A program made the translations under genes and the position numbers. A stretch of DNA of 64,000 nt from Nemertoderma westbladi. Lineage: Eukaryota > Animalia > Xenacoelomorpha. Below the pieces are notes generated by a model, which was not told the origin of the DNA, made no database searches, and saw nothing but the letters and a program-made list of their open reading frames with translations. This document shows, piece by piece, positions 63,422 to 64,000 of the stretch. Within the stretch, counting starts at the first letter, position 1; every line of letters begins with the position of its first letter. The stretch is from NCBI GenBank assembly GCA_032718475.1, contig JAUCBJ010000777.1, positions 44,983-108,982 of the forward strand, given 5' to 3'.

Positions 63422-64000
63422 AGTATCGGTAGAACCGGTATTACACCGCGGTATCGGTAGAACCGGTATTACACCGCGGTATCGGTAGAACCGGTATTAC
63501 ACCGCGGTATCGGTAGAACCGGTATTACACCGCGGTATCGGTAGAACCGGTATTACACCGCGGTATCGGTAGAACCGGTATTACACCGCGGTATCGGTAG
63601 AACCGGTATTACACCGCGGTATCGGTAGAACCGGTATTACACCGCGGTATCGGTAGAACCGGTATTACACCGCGGTATCGGTAGAACCGGTATTACACCG
63701 CGGTATCGGTAGAACCGGTATTACACCGCGGTATCGGTAGAACCGGTATTACACCGCGGTATCGGTAGAACCGGTATTACACCGCGGTATCGGTAGAACC
63801 GGTATTACACCGCGGTATCGGTAGAACCGGTATTACACCGCGGTATCGGTAGAACCGGTATTACACCGCGGTATCGGTAGAACCGGTATTACACCGCGGT
63901 ATCGGTAGAACCGGTATTAACGACCGCGGTATCGGTAGAACCGGTATTACACCGCGGTATCGGTAGAACCGGTATTACACCGCGGTATCGGTAGAACCGG
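63422..64000. repeat. 28-bp tandem repeat running off the window
   Basis: Unit ggtatcggtagaaccggtattacaccgc; nearly perfect copies. Confidence 0.98.

Overview
Repeat-rich animal-type (probably invertebrate) nuclear DNA; no prokaryotic features, RNA genes or CRISPR arrays are supported. Bases 1-39 kb are a nest of retroelements. Two defective copies of one BEL/Pao LTR family lie on the minus strand: copy 2 is complete at 17622-32062 with 1289-bp LTRs and a CAAAC TSD, and copy 1 runs off the left edge. Three decayed LINEs are also present. Three of these elements sit inside one 32-bp satellite. Bases 41-54 kb hold a TIR element with an 8-bp TSD and several satellites (17, 63, 43, 46/53 bp). Bases 54-63.4 kb hold a minus-strand gene whose WD40 exon splices in frame to a large exon encoding a winged-helix-like region, ROC-COR and two CARD-like domains. 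Its 5.1-kb intron carries an intact Crypton-type tyrosine recombinase ORF, followed by a long hairpin with four tandem G.A mismatches. Best leads: (1) the WD40-WHD-ROC-COR-2xCARD architecture; (2) a BEL/Pao element with no tRNA-type PBS but a 12-nt PBS complementary to its own LTR (Tf1-like self-priming), a swapped LTR cassette and a fast-diverging extra ORF; (3) the strand-specific Crypton hairpin. Family assignments come from motif recognition by eye, not database searches.
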